Below, one piece after another: positions 63,784-64,000 of a stretch of 64,000 nt of DNA (position 1 is its first letter; each line of letters begins with the position of its first letter). Origin of the DNA: Novosphingobium sp. (GTDB taxonomy: Bacteria > Pseudomonadota > Alphaproteobacteria > Sphingomonadales > Sphingomonadaceae); contig NZ_JBMLSM010000005.1 of the NCBI RefSeq assembly GCF_049240505.1, positions 7,015-71,014 on the forward strand. The letters are read 5' to 3'. The notes beneath the pieces are model-generated. The model made no database searches and was not told where the DNA came from. It saw nothing but the letters and a program-made list of their open reading frames with translations. Made by a program: the position numbers and the translations under genes.

Positions 63784-64000
63784 ATGACGCAATACATCAG
63801 TTTCCGCCGCCCTGACGGCAAGCCCAGCTTTGGCCGTCTTGATGGCGATACCGTTCACGATCTGGGGGCGCAGGGCGCTCCTGCATGGTTGAAGGATGTG
63901 CTTGGCGGCTATCTTTCGGCACTGGCGCCCACTGCCAGCTATGCCCGCGCCGATGTGCGCCTGCTGCCGTTGGTGCCCAACCCGGACAAGATCCTGTGCG
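63784..64000 (+). CDS. Fumarylacetoacetate hydrolase (FAH) family protein, N-terminal fragment (3' end outside the window)
   Basis: My hand translation from ATG 63784 gives MTQYISFRRPDGKPSFGRLDGDTVHDLG...VRLLPLVPNPDKILC, a typical FAH-family N-terminal region. The frame is open to the window end. Confidence 0.7.
   Translation, partial: MTQYISFRRPDGKPSFGRLDGDTVHDLGAQGAPAWLKDVLGGYLSALAPTASYARADVRLLPLVPNPDKILC

Overview
High-GC alphaproteobacterial chromosome segment. It is most consistent with a sphingomonad, an inference from codon bias, five TonB-dependent receptor genes in 64 kb and REP-like palindromes. I support about 47 protein-coding genes. I saw no rRNA, tRNA, CRISPR array, transposase or integrase.

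Gene content, left to right:
- EmrB-type MFS fragment.
- A 994-aa RTX/cadherin secreted protein.
- folD and a phosphohexomutase.
- A type-I-secretion-like ABC/HlyD/TolC set.
- A kinase plus acyl-CoA dehydrogenase pair.
- A PepSY / small membrane protein / siderophore-receptor operon.
- otsB-GH15-otsA, translationally coupled.
- An orphan three-gene operon of unknown function.
- A TonB-dependent receptor.
- A GntR-matB-matC malonate locus.
- A secreted TPR-CHAT protein and a DUF2332-like gene.
- A TonB-dependent receptor, a chemoreceptor and an enoyl-CoA hydratase.
- A glycoside oxidation/deglycosylation-like cluster: GPH symporter, ThuA-like protein, TIM-barrel enzymes, a small partner subunit and a GMC oxidase.
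- PhoX/DUF839-like and DUF885 genes.
- An aromatic-catabolism block: SDR, MFS, Rieske oxygenase, atypical TonB-dependent receptor, amidohydrolase, FAD hydroxylase, GlcG-like protein, extradiol dioxygenase and FAH.

Most noteworthy observations:
1. The GC-depressed orphan operon at 21.9-25.1 kb has no recognisable protein families.
2. The ABC component of the secretion-like set has all ATPase motifs degenerated.
3. Phased 10-bp GCACCT repeat arrays fill two convergent-gene spacers, and a related sequence sits inside a coding region.
4. Two inverted copies of a ~96-bp palindromic REP/MITE-like element are present.
5. An orphan intrinsic terminator follows a C-rich motif, making a candidate sRNA.
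6. A carboxylesterase gene is interrupted by one in-frame amber codon.

Many long ORFs in the six-frame track are antisense or out-of-frame shadows typical of high-GC DNA and were not called.
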